From the NCBI GenBank assembly GCA_964016885.1, contig OZ024743.1, forward strand, positions 13,764,001-13,828,000: DNA of 64,000 nt, given 5' to 3'. The DNA comes from Eledone cirrhosa. Lineage: Eukaryota. This document shows, one piece after another, positions 43,349 to 55,637 of the stretch. The notes beneath the pieces are model-generated. The model was not told where the DNA came from. It saw nothing but the letters and a program-made list of their open reading frames with translations, and searched no databases. Made by a program: the position numbers and the translations under genes. The first letter of the stretch is position 1. Every line of letters begins with the position of its first letter.

Positions 43349-45829
43349 TTCGTTTTTGTATGAATTCTCCAAGATTTTCTATCTGGAAACGTGTGTTCTA
43401 CCAGATATAGCTATTGTTTAGGAGGGTCATACTCCCAATACAAACACACTCACCTGTTGGTTTTCACTTCCAATTATTATATGTATCTTCTTAACAATTG
43501 AGACACACACAGAAAAATGGGGTGGGAGGACCATGGCCACACTGATCCCCGTAAAACCATGTAAATAGTTGATCGTCCATGCGGTGGGAGCTAGTATATG
43601 ACTACACCTTAAGGTACATATATTTAACTTCAAATGCAAAACATATGCCCAAGAGGATGAGTAGGCCATTCACGCCACCATTTCTGGTGATGTAGGTAAT
43701 CTTGAAAGGTTCATATATTTGCAAAATTCGGTAAAGGGAACCCGCAAAATATAGTCAAAACAACACGTTTTTGACCACAACAGAATTTTCTACCAGAGGA
43801 GTTTTCAGAATTCTTTTACCCAAGATACTGCAACCATAAGGCAGAAATAATGAAGCACTTACGATTAAGATGAAATGATCTATCAACGACGCTGACTCTT
43901 ATTGATTAGATATCATGTTATTTTAATAAGTAAACACTTTTCATCTAGTTTTCTGGATGAGTATCTGTTTACCCACAAGAATTTCAATTACATGTTTTGA
44001 CGTGAGTGTTCAATATGTGTTTAGGTCGCCATAGAATTCTCGTTTTTTTCTCATCTTTAGTATTTTATTAAGCATGGTATATTGCTTAAGCACATGATCT
44101 ACGATAGTTTCTTGAATGGTTTGGACGGCAGAATATTCAGCGTGATTCTCTATATTGTCTAGCATCACAAATATCTCAACCTACAGATTCATCTGCATGT
44201 ATTCTCTCTGTGGTATTAAATACTTTATGAAGTGTGCAATAATGGAATTTGTATATCTGCTGGTAATAATTTTGCTAAGAACTTTCACTAATCCTTTTGC
44301 CTCAATGTGAAATATTGTCAGTGAGATATTTCCAGATGTACTGACTCACTTTTACTACACCTTTATTCTGAAAAAGTTGTTTCTCCTGTTTATATGAGCC
44401 AGGGATAATAAAGTTAATTTTCGTATCACGTCTGATAGATATAACGTCATATTCACAGCTGATGTAGGTCTATAATACTTTTTCATATTTGATTGTTAAA
44501 CATGCTGAGATTTCAACAAGCCAATGCATATATGATTGGTTCAACATCTTGTACGTTGTCTCTGTACATTACACATATCATTGACATTGTTTCTTCCCCC
44601 CAACCCACCACTGAATGAGTAGACGTAAGATCAAAAGCTTTTCAGCCAAGGTGTCCCTTTGACTACATTATCAGCTATAGTCAATCTACAATGTTTGATT
44701 TTGATCTTTTTAGGTTCCGGGACGAGATTCGAATGAAGGATCGTTGCTATTTCTAGCAGGTCAAATGACAAAATAGTAACTTCCTGTTGTCAATATAATG
44801 CTACAGTTAATATATTCATTCACATTCTATTTTTTACGTCTCTCATTTTTGTTCACGAAGCATTTTTGCTAATGCTCAAGAAGAAATCATTGAAGCTATT
44901 TTAAAGAAATATTTGCAATGATTAAATGATTCCTATGTTCTTTTCTCAGGTCTAAAGGATGAATGCAAATGCTATTATTATTGAAAATATCTATCATCAG
45001 CAGCATCACATCACAGCTAATGTCAATTTCTGCTTTGTAGCAGAAACGATTTCTGAATATAATTTCATGTCTTAAATTGTGAAGATATATAGGAATTTGG
45101 CTCTCGTTGAATCGATATAATAACAATAGAATAGCAATATAATAGCAAGAGAATAAACGCAACAAATCTAATAAAAAGTCAAATCGGAGCTGCCTCACAA
45201 CCCATCGTTTTAGCAGTAAAATATATCAGCAGCATCGGCAATAATAATTCTAAAAATAATGAAAACTGCCTTATTACGAGTTTAATGTATATTGAGCGTG
45301 GGAAAGATTTCCTTTCGAACATTTAATCCCAACAAAAGGTTTTACTTCAAATGCTAATTTCCATGGATATTTGACGAAATTGAAAGAAAAATGTGTTTGA
45401 TGAAAAAATAACAATACCTTAAAACGTTACCTGTACGCTACACAGGAATAATACTGCCAAATTTCATTCGCAACATAAAATACAAACCATAGATAGGGAT
45501 AAGAAGTAAGTTATATGTAAGACGATGCAATAATAAAACTCTTAATAACACTAAAAAAACAAGACTCGTTAAAGTGTCGGACACATAATATAGCGCTTTT
45601 AGTTACTTCCCTGTACATTCTGAATTCGAATCACCCAGAAGTCAACTTTGTATTCATCATTCTGAAGATAATAACATAAACTCCAGTGAATTAGTGGCCT
45701 GATTCAGTATAAAATATCGTTCGTGTGAATGGAATTGCAGTGAGTATCTTAGATTTTGTGTCATAAAAAATACAATGTCCGAGAACAGGTAGAAAAAACA
45801 AAACGAGTATGAAAACACACTCAAACTTC

Positions 45830-46800
45830 AACCTTAGCATTTTTCATGCATTTTCTTTCACATTTCTCACAACCATCTTTAATCATGGTAGACCAACCTA
45901 TTGTGTTCTTTGTGAAGGATTCCCAATTCCTATTATCCATATCAAGAACCACCAATCTATGACCAATCACATTCTTCAATCGCTTCTTTGGTTCATTGTT
46001 TGCCTCTGTACATATAAAATCTCTCCATATAACAATCTATTCGACAAACTTGTAATGCCAATCTTGAAAGCATGACCTGTCCAACACATCTTTCTGTAAA
46101 CAATCAATTTTTCAAAACTTTCACAAACTGTATTCCTCAATACTGCTGTATCTTGTGTCAAAGATGTGTACTTTATTCCTAAAATTTGTCTAAGACATTT
46201 TATTTGCCGCCTATAGGTTATACGTACCTCAGATCTATACAGGAATGTAGTTAGTAATAATGCTGTAAGCATATTTATTTTAGTTACTAGATGGAGACCC
46301 CAATCTGCCCATATCCTTTCTAAATGCTTAAATGACATTTTTAGTTCACTGATTGACTTCCGCATCAATTAATCCATCCTTACAGATAATGCTTCCAACA
46401 TATGTGAACATATCTACTACACGCAGTTGTGTGCCGTTAACTGTTATGTTTGGCCCAACATGAGCCTGCAGGAGGAGTGAACATTATTTTCGTTTTTGTC
46501 AGGCTGATGGTCATTCCAGATCAATGACAAGCCCTACAGAAAAGATAAATTATAATTTGTATGTCTTAAACATGGCGTGCAACAAGATCATCATCATCTG
46601 CATACCACTGCTCAAGGAAAATGTGTTGAGACTCTTTTGATTTAGTGTGAAAGCGGTGAAAGTTAAATAGTTTGCCACATGTCCGAAAATACATGTGAAC
46701 TCCCATATAGAAATCATTAAATGCCTAGCTCGGACAGACGCCAAAATACATAAGTTGATTGGAGCTAGATTTAAACAAGGAGAGCTGATTCCTTTGAATG
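45830..46800 (-). mobile_element. Decayed RTE-clade LINE fragment
   Basis: QYADD motif near 46600; LLTTFLYRSE...CLRQILGIKY...KMCWTGHA...RLLYGEI. Confidence 0.75.
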
Positions 46801-47834
46801 TTTAGACATATATGAATGTCAGAATGTTATCTTCTTTACCCAAAGGAAACACAAGATAATAAACAAATGTGATACACTGTTAATAGGCATTTAATAGTTA
46901 CGTTCACAATTATACTTACACTTTGTTCTACGAGGAATGCTTTAATTAAAGAAGCTTACATTATTCTCTTTTTCTGATGTTGTGCTAAAATCTTGAATCA
47001 TTTTATTGAGTAAAATCCAATTTTGAATGAAAAATATTTTGACTGCATGACGATAATACCTTCACTTAGCACATTCCAAGATTCATCGAAAGATTTCAGA
47101 TCAGATATCCCTTCGTTTGTGAAAATCATGGCTTGCAAAGGAACGCTTTTTCCGAGAATATGTTTCCAAATCTCACGTTTGAAATTGTTGTGTTAGTCAT
47201 CCTTAATTTTACTTTATTCGTTCCTTGATACACCTTATGCAATTTATGTGGATGTTTCTTTCCGTTCTGGTAGTGATCTCTGGCATTTACTCAAACTTAC
47301 CGGATGTTCTGGCTAGTATTTTTGAAGGCAACTGAAATTGTCCACCCGAGTTTGACGCAATGGTAGAAAAAACAAACAACACATATAATGATGATGGGGG
47401 TTTTGTTGGTGTAGTTGTAGATGATTGTGCTTTAGGTGACATTGGTTGTGGTGAGGTAAGTGCTGATGGTGGTGTTGGTGATAGTATTGGTGATGATTGA
47501 TTAATAATCGTATTGGCAGTTGATGTGTTATAAGGTCGTGCTGGTGGTAGTTTTATAATTCTAGGCTTTGTGGCTGTATCACAATAGTAATAGTGGCGGT
47601 GGTGTAGTCGTTGGTCGTGCTGAATTCCGTGGTGTAGAGGAATCTGTTTACAATGAACAAGTGTTGAAGTAAATGTTTTTCATTTTTTTGTCATAACATT
47701 CAAACATCACCAAGCTATGTAACCACTAAATATAAACGCCCTTCTCGTATTTTAACCTGTTGAGCTTTTACGTGAAATGATTGCAAGGGCACAATCGACA
47801 TGAGTTATTTCCTTATAAAAGGGAAAAACTCTAA

Positions 47835-47933
47835 TTCACACACATACACACACATACACAACCACACACAAACACACACACACACACACATACACAGCCA
47901 CACACACACAAACATACACACACATACACACAA

Positions 47934-47991
<58 letters not shown>

Positions 47992-48015
47992 ACACACACA
48001 TATATATATACATAT
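47835..48015. repeat. (CA)n microsatellite
   Basis: Direct. Confidence 0.95.
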
Positions 48016-50563
48016 ATTTTGTGTGTTTATGTAATAAAAACTTTGAAAATGAAAAGTTCCATTTTGTAGACACTTTAAAAATCAATTCATACAAAATGTC
48101 CGTCATTCTCATTTAAAAAATTCGTGATTAAAATAAATTTTATTTACTAGATGTCACCATATGAGGTAGTAGTACATATGCCTTTCACATACACACACAT
48201 ACACACACACAAATGCCCCTCCTTCCAACACACAATTATATAGGCATACAGAAAGGAAATCGCGTAGTCGATACTCTGCACCACTCCCTTGAAATTCGTG
48301 CTCAGATTGGTCGCGGTTCATTGTGAGGAATAAGTAAATTAATAAATCATACTCGGATGAAGAATATGTTTCCGGATGCAGTCAAATCAAATAAACAGAA
48401 CTTATGCTAAGGACGGCACAACGGGCAACGCGCTTTGAGTAACGGTAGAACGTTTTCCACCACAAATAATAGAATTCCGGAAGATCATAGTGGAAATGAA
48501 ATAACTATAGGGTAAATCTATTCCAATGATCTAGGACAATATAACGTACGTAATGAAGACAGATAAGCCACAATAGATACGAGAATAAATTACAATAATA
48601 GCCCAGCAAGAGATAGGAATTTTAAAATCATGCTTACCGATAATATTCCAAATAAATGTTTAAACATTTAAATGCAAAACGACCATACGATTTATCAAAG
48701 AATTGCTTGAATGACCATATTCAATATATACCTCGTTTCTTACAAGGAAAACAACATTTCAGTTAGATAAGAATTGGTGTTGTGTTCTTACGCAAGTTAT
48801 ATTCAGTGGCTTTAAATGAATTATGAATTACTGACAACCAATGCATCCTGAATGCAAACAAGGATTATCCAGAAAGACATAAAAGCAGCCCGAAGTTAAT
48901 GGTATAGAAACTATATGGGCATATGGAATACAGAGATCATATCAGTTTGGTGTTTCTGAAAGGCTGGATAGTATTACCAATCGACAGATAAGGATGCAAA
49001 GCATATTGTTCACACAGCGGGCAGTAACTTTTCAGGAGCTTTGAAGCTATATAGTAAAATATAGAGTTCAGAAATATAGAAAATCAAAACCGGCATATGT
49101 ATTACATGCACCTGGTTTAGAAAGGGAATGTATTCAAAATATACCCCAAATGAAAATATTAGATTATAAGAAACGCAATTGAGAGAAAAATAGAAACCTG
49201 TCAATCATAAAGCTATATTTATCCGACCAATGTATCATACACTTTTCTCAAAGTTTGTATACACTTTCAAACTGTTAAATAGAAATCCCAAGAACGACAC
49301 CTCCTCTATTGGCTATTGATTGAAAAGTTGGAAACTATCGGAAAACAGTAATAAAACACAATACACGAAATCAAATTACAATATAACTATGAAAGTTTAC
49401 TAATTGTACAATGTATAGTACAAACCCACACAGATATACAACGTATGTAAAAGAAGTCGTGAATTAACCACGCCTAATCCGTTGAACATTTCTTTTCTGA
49501 ATTGGTGTCAATTACCTTATTCCTATGAACATGACATAATTCACAGTGCGAGTGCATATTTATTACACTCTTCTGATGAGACCAATTATATCTGGGAACA
49601 TTACGAGACTAATGGAAAGGGATATCCGCCTATACATTCATACATACACAAACATACATAAATAAATAAACATACATACATTCATTCATATGGAATGTAT
49701 ACATATTCAGGGGCATTAACATTGTGAGTAATGCAACGAAACATGCAAATTAAGGATATAATATAAAATAATAAATGAATACATAACTTCGAAAAATGAA
49801 TATAAAAAGGATTAGAAACGTTCGTATATTAATGAAAACCCTATGTACTCTTCTGTGGTGATATTAAATTCCAAATATCGAAATATTCGTGCAACCAGAA
49901 ATCGATTGCTCCGATCAAGAACATTCGACGCCTGAATTGAACTAAGCCACATATGTGAGGTTTTGGTTACAATCGATGGAACGCAGTCGATACATCACAA
50001 GTATCGATGTGAAATTGAATATTATGAAGAAATTAGTCAGCCACTCTTTATCTTCTTCTATTCCGTACATTCAGTACACACATGTATTGACATTTAAAAC
50101 GTGATTTTACGCACGCAAATATAATAATAAAATCACCTATACCAACATTAATTTGCATACATGTGTGCATTCTCTCACCAAGAATACGAAATGATTAATC
50201 CTTATCTGGTCGAAAACAAATGTAAATTTTAAGTGAAATCTGTTCGAAAATCCACGTAGCACAATTACAAAATTTTCCTAAGAAAATATGTGTCGAGTTA
50301 ACACCTTATTTTCCTGCTTATTTTCTAGAAGTATTCCAATTAAACCAAATGTTAAGTAAATATGTATTTACATGAATAATAAATTACGAAAACTGTTGTG
50401 TGATACAAGATTGGGATTCTGCTAAATCATAGCAAAGTAACGAAACCCTACATCACATACGCATGATTTTTATTTATAAAAGAAAAGGGGAAAAACTAAC
50501 AATATTTTTGTCAACGGTGACAACAACGGTGACAAAATTATAAATATGCTCAAAGAATAAATA

Positions 50564-50675
50564 ATTGTTTCTACTTTTGGCACAAGGCCAGCAAATACCC
50601 AGTGCATTACTGGTACTTTATTTAATCGACCCCGTAAGGATGAAAGGCAAAGTCAACCTCGGCGGGATTTGAACT
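50564..50675 (-). mobile_element. SINE copy, 5'-truncated
   Basis: SINE 3' two-thirds; aaagaataaataat repeated at ~50552 and ~50712. Confidence 0.8.
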
Positions 50676-50947
50676 ACCTCCCTAAATGAATAATGATTTC
50701 TAACAACATTGAAAGAATAAATAATGAAATATTAAAAACAGAATAATAATCAAGGTAAAGAAATTTAAAAGAAACCATTTCATCGGTTTTATTTTGAAAA
50801 ACACAATACGCTTTTTATTTGTGTATTGGTTGAGGTCAGGTAACTGCACATGTGATCGCAAGGATGTTTATTTGATAGTTTCATTAACCTATAACTGTTT
50901 CATCCTCCTCCTCCACTCCTTCGTTATCATCATCATTAACAGCATTA

Positions 50948-50971
50948 TATAACAACAACAATAACAACAAC

Positions 50972-51036
<65 letters not shown>
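50948..51036. repeat. (CAA)/(TAA)n microsatellite
   Basis: Direct. Confidence 0.95.
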
Positions 51037-51380
51037 GGGAAGAAGACGCACGAGGTGACGGAGGTCATGAAATCGCTCCCGTAAGTTTTGAATTTTTAAC
51101 ATATTTAAATCATTTGTGAAATAACAACTCTTAGTACAAATGCTACGTAAAGCACCCGGCTTGAGCCCCAAAAAATTCGGACCCAAAATATATTGTTATA
51201 AGGCTCAAATATTCAAATATTCAACTTTGTATTGTACACTGTATATCCAAAAAAGAAAATGGCTATAAATGGAAGAAGAAGAACCCCCCCCCCCCTCCTC
51301 TCCTCTGGCTACACTATATAGGACAGCTAAACTCACCAACACCAGAAACTAGATACACCACCCACCCCATCATCTGTGTA
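51037..51380. repeat. Unique-looking block 'X', duplicated at ~61570-61900
   Basis: gggaagaagacgcacgaggtg...gctcccgtaagtttt...aaaaaagaaaatgg...ctacactatatag...tcaccaacaccagaaact in both places, each directly after (TAA)n. Confidence 0.85.
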
Positions 51381-52121
51381 CACTAAACACAACAGCCAGA
51401 TAACGACATTTTCACCTTCACCGCCACCGCTCACTACGGCCATCATTACCACCACTATCCCATCACCGCCGCCACCACCCCTTGACTCCTTCACTGCTGC
51501 CACCGCTACAGCACCATCACTACAGTAATACGGTCGCATCACCGCCACCACTGCCTCGGTATCAACATCACCACCACCACTGTCTCAGTATCGCTACCGC
51601 CGCCAGTCTCCCACTTCTCCCTGCTGGCTGCTACTTCCACATTATAGAATTCCTACTACTAACAAAGAGGAAGGCATCAAAATATATAGATAGACTCAAA
51701 AGAAAAAAGAAAAAACAAACAACAAAACCAAAGCAGCACAGCAACAACAGCAAAAACGAGAAAAACAAACAGAGAAAAACAAAAACAAAAAAAGAAACCA
51801 CCAAAACGTAAAGAAAATAAGAATGAAGAGAGAAGCAGGCGGACGGACAGAGAAGAGGGGGGAAAAAGTAAAACTTAAAAAACAAAAACTAAGTCAGACA
51901 TTCGAATACTACATTACAATGAAACTTATGCTTATTCATTTTTGGGGCCCTTTCTGCCCGTGTGTTTGTTTGTTTATGTGTGTTCGTATACAGCGTGGTG
52001 ATAATGCCACACAAGGGCCAAGTGGGATGGCGGATCCACAGATGGCTATGTAAACATACATTCGCCAATCCTCGATAAGAGTGTTTAAATATCGAACATA
52101 AACATTTCGAATAACGGTGAA

Positions 52122-54572
52122 ATGGAGACTAGAACGTCATGTGACAGACTCTCACCCAACAGGTGCCCCCTGGCTCAGCAGCAGGAACCTGACTGTCAAC
52201 CAAATACTGCTGATGTTGGAGGAAGAAGAAGAAGGAAAGGGGCCAGAACCAACTGGACGAAAGAATTGAATAGAACTGTTATGCAATGCTACCTGAAAAG
52301 TAACCCCAAGGAGAGGGGCTACAGGAGACGGATGCATAACATCTGGAACGAGATTGGTTTATTTAAATTAGATGAACAAAAATTGGCCGGGCAGGCTCGG
52401 GTAATAAGAACTAATGGGTGGATAAGCGAGCTGGAACTGGAGGAACTGAGCAGAGAGAATGGCTTGGAGATGGCGGGTGTAGTATGCCAGACAAGCGAGC
52501 CGGTGGGAAATGAAGGTGAGGAGGTCCTGAGAACGGAGGAACCACCCGAAGCAGACAATGATCTGAATACTGAGATAAATAATACCTGGAACAGAGATAC
52601 GGCCACTGAGGAGATGAATGCTGACGGGCTAGGACAAGCTTCGGTTGACATCCTAAATTTAGTGGTAGATGAATTGAACAATGATAGTGGGAGACCTATG
52701 AACCTAAGATTTGTAGACAGGAAAAAGTTAAAAGAAACAACAGCTAAGGTAAACAAAGTCATCCCATACCTTGAGGCGAGGAGCCTTCACCAGTGCAACA
52801 ATATCCTCAAAGCAACAGCAAATATGGTGAGGAAACTACTTGTTATAAAAGCGAGAGGAAACAACAGACAAGAAAGAGCAGAGCCGTGGTGGAAGAAGCG
52901 ACTGAGTGGGCAAATCGGGGAAATGAGAAATGACATAGGAAAGCTTGAGTCACTACTGAATGGGACACTAAAAAACATAGGCACTAAAAATAGACTGGGA
53001 ATAAAATACAAAACTAGGAGTAAAAAGCTAAATATTATCATAGAGGAATTGAAGCAACGCATTGTAGCAAAGAGTGCCAAAATCAGGCGATACGAGAACA
53101 GAGTCAGTCAGTATAAACAGAACCGCATGTTCGACAACAACCAGAAGATGCTGTTTGGACAGCTTGAGGGGAAAGAAAGAGGCAACGACTTGATCCCTGG
53201 GGCGGAACAAGCTAAAACATTCTGGAGAGGAATATGGGAGCAGGATGTTAGACAAAATGCCCAGGCAGGGTGGATTGAGACAGTACAGAGGGAGATAGGT
53301 GAGCAGGCACAACAACAGACTGATTTGAGTATCACAGTTGAAACTCTTAAGGGGCAAGCCAAAAAACTAACCAACTGGAAATCACCAGGCCCAGATGGTG
53401 TGCAGGGGTATTGGATTAAACATTTAACATCCCTCCACCCGAAGCTGACGGCCATGTTCAATGACTGCTTGGTGTCGGGTGAGGTGCCAGAGTGGTTGAC
53501 AAAAGGTACCACAGTTCTGATAATGAAAGACCGAATCAAGGGTAATGATGTTACCAACTATAGACCTATCACATGTCTGCCCGTAATGTGGAAACTGTTG
53601 ACGAGCATTGTGTCTGAGGAAATCTACCATCACCTCCACACAAACAACTTGTTACCGGACGAACAGAAAGGATGCCGAAAGAAGTCACGTGGTACAAAGG
53701 ACCAGTTGCTTATTGATAAGATGGTAATGGGGAATTGCAGGAGGAGACACACTGATCTTGCCATGGGATGGATAGACTACAGAAAGGCATTTGACATGGT
53801 GCCTCATTCCTGGATCATCAAAAGCCTGGAGATCTTCAGGGTGGCAGATAACATCAGACAGTTGCTGGGCAGGAGTATGGGGTCCTGGGAGACAGACTTG
53901 ACATCAACTGGAGTATCCTTGGGAAGCGTGAAGATCAAGAGAGGTATCTTCCAGGGAGATAGCCTGTCCCCTCTGTTGTTTGTCCTTGCCCTGATGCCCT
54001 TGACCATTATGCTGCGAAAAGTGAGAGCAGGATACAAGTTGGGAAGGGGAGAGCTTACCATCAATCACCTCCTCTTCATGGACGATCTTAAGCTCTTCGG
54101 GAAAAGTGAGAAGGAGTTGGATGTGTTTGTTGACACTGTCCGTATTTTCAGCAGTGATATATGTATGCAGTTTGGTATTGGTAAATGTGGAGTCATTGTG
54201 ATGAAGAGGCGTAGGTTGAGCAGAAGTAACGGGATCCAGATACCAACAGGTGAGATGATAAAGGAAATTGACTCTGAGGAAGGATACAAGTATTTGGGCG
54301 TTCTGGAGGCTGATGGCATAAAGAACAAAAAAATGAAGGAATTGTTAAGAACTGAATACATTCGGAGAGTAAGGAGCGTATTGAAGTCACATCTGAACAG
54401 CAGAAATGCCATAAGCGCAGTAAATTCCCGAGCTGTGTCTATTATTAGGTACAGTGCGGGAATTCTGAGATGGAATGTTGCTGAACAAAAAGAAATGGAT
54501 AGGAAGACTAGGAAGCTATTGACTATCTACACATGTTCCACAAGAGGAGTGATGTCGATAGACTCTACCTAA
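52122..54572 (+). CDS. N-terminal domain + reverse transcriptase of R4/Dong-like element (frameshift at ~54530)
   Basis: [65 protein letters not shown]. Confidence 0.92.
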   Translation: METRTSCDRLSPNRCPLAQQQEPDCQPNTADVGGRRRRKGARTNWTKELNRTVMQCYLKSNPKERGYRRRMHNIWNEIGLFKLDEQKLAGQARVIRTNGWISELELEELSRENGLEMAGVVCQTSEPVGNEGEEVLRTEEPPEADNDLNTEINNTWNRDTATEEMNADGLGQASVDILNLVVDELNNDSGRPMNLRFVDRKKLKETTAKVNKVIPYLEARSLHQCNNILKATANMVRKLLVIKARGNNRQERAEPWWKKRLSGQIGEMRNDIGKLESLLNGTLKNIGTKNRLGIKYKTRSKKLNIIIEELKQRIVAKSAKIRRYENRVSQYKQNRMFDNNQKMLFGQLEGKERGNDLIPGAEQAKTFWRGIWEQDVRQNAQAGWIETVQREIGEQAQQQTDLSITVETLKGQAKKLTNWKSPGPDGVQGYWIKHLTSLHPKLTAMFNDCLVSGEVPEWLTKGTTVLIMKDRIKGNDVTNYRPITCLPVMWKLLTSIVSEEIYHHLHTNNLLPDEQKGCRKKSRGTKDQLLIDKMVMGNCRRRHTDLAMGWIDYRKAFDMVPHSWIIKSLEIFRVADNIRQLLGRSMGSWETDLTSTGVSLGSVKIKRGIFQGDSLSPLLFVLALMPLTIMLRKVRAGYKLGRGELTINHLLFMDDLKLFGKSEKELDVFVDTVRIFSSDICMQFGIGKCGVIVMKRRRLSRSNGIQIPTGEMIKEIDSEEGYKYLGVLEADGIKNKKMKELLRTEYIRRVRSVLKSHLNSRNAISAVNSRAVSIIRYSAGILRWNVAEQKEMDRKTRKLLTIYTCSTRGVMSIDST

Positions 54573-55513
54573 GGAGATCTGAGGGTGGAAGAGGTCTTAT
54601 CAGCATAGAGGACTGTGTTCAGATGGAGAAAAACAACCTATACAAATACGTGACCTATAGTAAGGAGCCAATGCTCAGAACTGTACTGAAGGAGGGGACA
54701 GTAGGCCAGGGGATGTCCAAGGAGGAAATAACATCAAGGAGGAAGAGCAGCCTTAAGGGAAAATCCCTTCATAGTACCTTCTTTGAGAAAACTGAATTTA
54801 GAGATCCACAGACATGGAACTGGTTGAGAAGAGGAGACCTCAAAAAGGCTACAGAAGGAATGCTAATGGCTGCGCAGGAGCAGGCCCTCAAAACGAAGTG
54901 GTTGAAGCACCATATCTACAAGGAGGAGGCTAGCCCACTGTGCAGGATCTGTGGAGAGAGAGAGGAGACTGTGGCTCACATTGTGTCCGAGTGTAAACAC
55001 CTAGCCCAGACCCACTATAAGGGCTGGAGACACGATGTGATGGGCAGGGTGATCCACTGGCACCTGTGCAAAGTAAACAATCTACCACATTCTGAGAAAT
55101 GGTATGAGCATAGGCCAGAGGCGGTGATGGAGAACAGTCAGGTGAAGGTGCTGTGGGATTTTAGGATACAGACGGACAAAAAACTGGAACACAATAGACC
55201 TGACCTGGTGGTTGTGGACAAAGAAAAAAGATCGTGCCTGATTGTGGATGTGGCCTGCCCGTTCGACACGAGAGTGCAAGAGAAGGAGAGGGAGAAAATT
55301 AACCGATACCAGGACCTAAAGTGGGAGGTGAAAAGGATTTGGAACTGCCATGAAGTCAAAGTGATCCCGATTGTCATAGGCGCACTGGGGACTATCTCCA
55401 AAGGGTTCCAGGGATGGTTAAAGAAAATCGGCCCCTTCACGCTTTTTGGAACGCTTCAAAAGGCATGCTTGCTTGGAACAGCAAGAACCCTCCGATACGT
55501 CCTGAATATCTGA
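54533..55513 (+). CDS. C-terminal zinc knuckle + restriction-like endonuclease (continuation of the same ORF)
   Basis: AAQEQAL, CRICGEREETVAHIVSEC, RHD, NRPDLVV, IVDVACP, EKINRY, PIVIGALG. Confidence 0.92.
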   Translation: MFHKRSDVDRLYLRRSEGGRGLISIEDCVQMEKNNLYKYVTYSKEPMLRTVLKEGTVGQGMSKEEITSRRKSSLKGKSLHSTFFEKTEFRDPQTWNWLRRGDLKKATEGMLMAAQEQALKTKWLKHHIYKEEASPLCRICGEREETVAHIVSECKHLAQTHYKGWRHDVMGRVIHWHLCKVNNLPHSEKWYEHRPEAVMENSQVKVLWDFRIQTDKKLEHNRPDLVVVDKEKRSCLIVDVACPFDTRVQEKEREKINRYQDLKWEVKRIWNCHEVKVIPIVIGALGTISKGFQGWLKKIGPFTLFGTLQKACLLGTARTLRYVLNI

Positions 55514-55637
55514 GGCTGCAGGTAGTGGCTTGATATTCAATCCAACGGACTTTCCAGTTAACCAACATCAATGACTGAGATTCAAGGAATAACAATAACA
55601 ATAATAATAATAATAATCATAATAATAATAATGTGAT

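Larger units (their letters stand above)
52000..55632 (+). mobile_element. R4/Dong-like non-LTR retrotransposon, copy 1 (near complete), (TAA)n tail; 5' boundary approximate
   Basis: Single-ORF layout with RT then CCHC + RLE; short 3' UTR ending in (TAA)n. Confidence 0.9.

Noticed and set aside
49573-49615. CTGATGA-gacca...tgg as a hammerhead
   Set aside because: No correctly placed GAAA, stem III or stem I.
52060-52090. aatcctcg resembling the HDV ribozyme L3 loop
   Set aside because: P1, P2 and P3 pairings could not be assembled by eye.
54500-54572. Programmed frameshift between the RT and RLE ORFs
   Set aside because: Copy 3 has the extra A (tacaacatg) and reads through in frame, so this is a 1-bp deletion.
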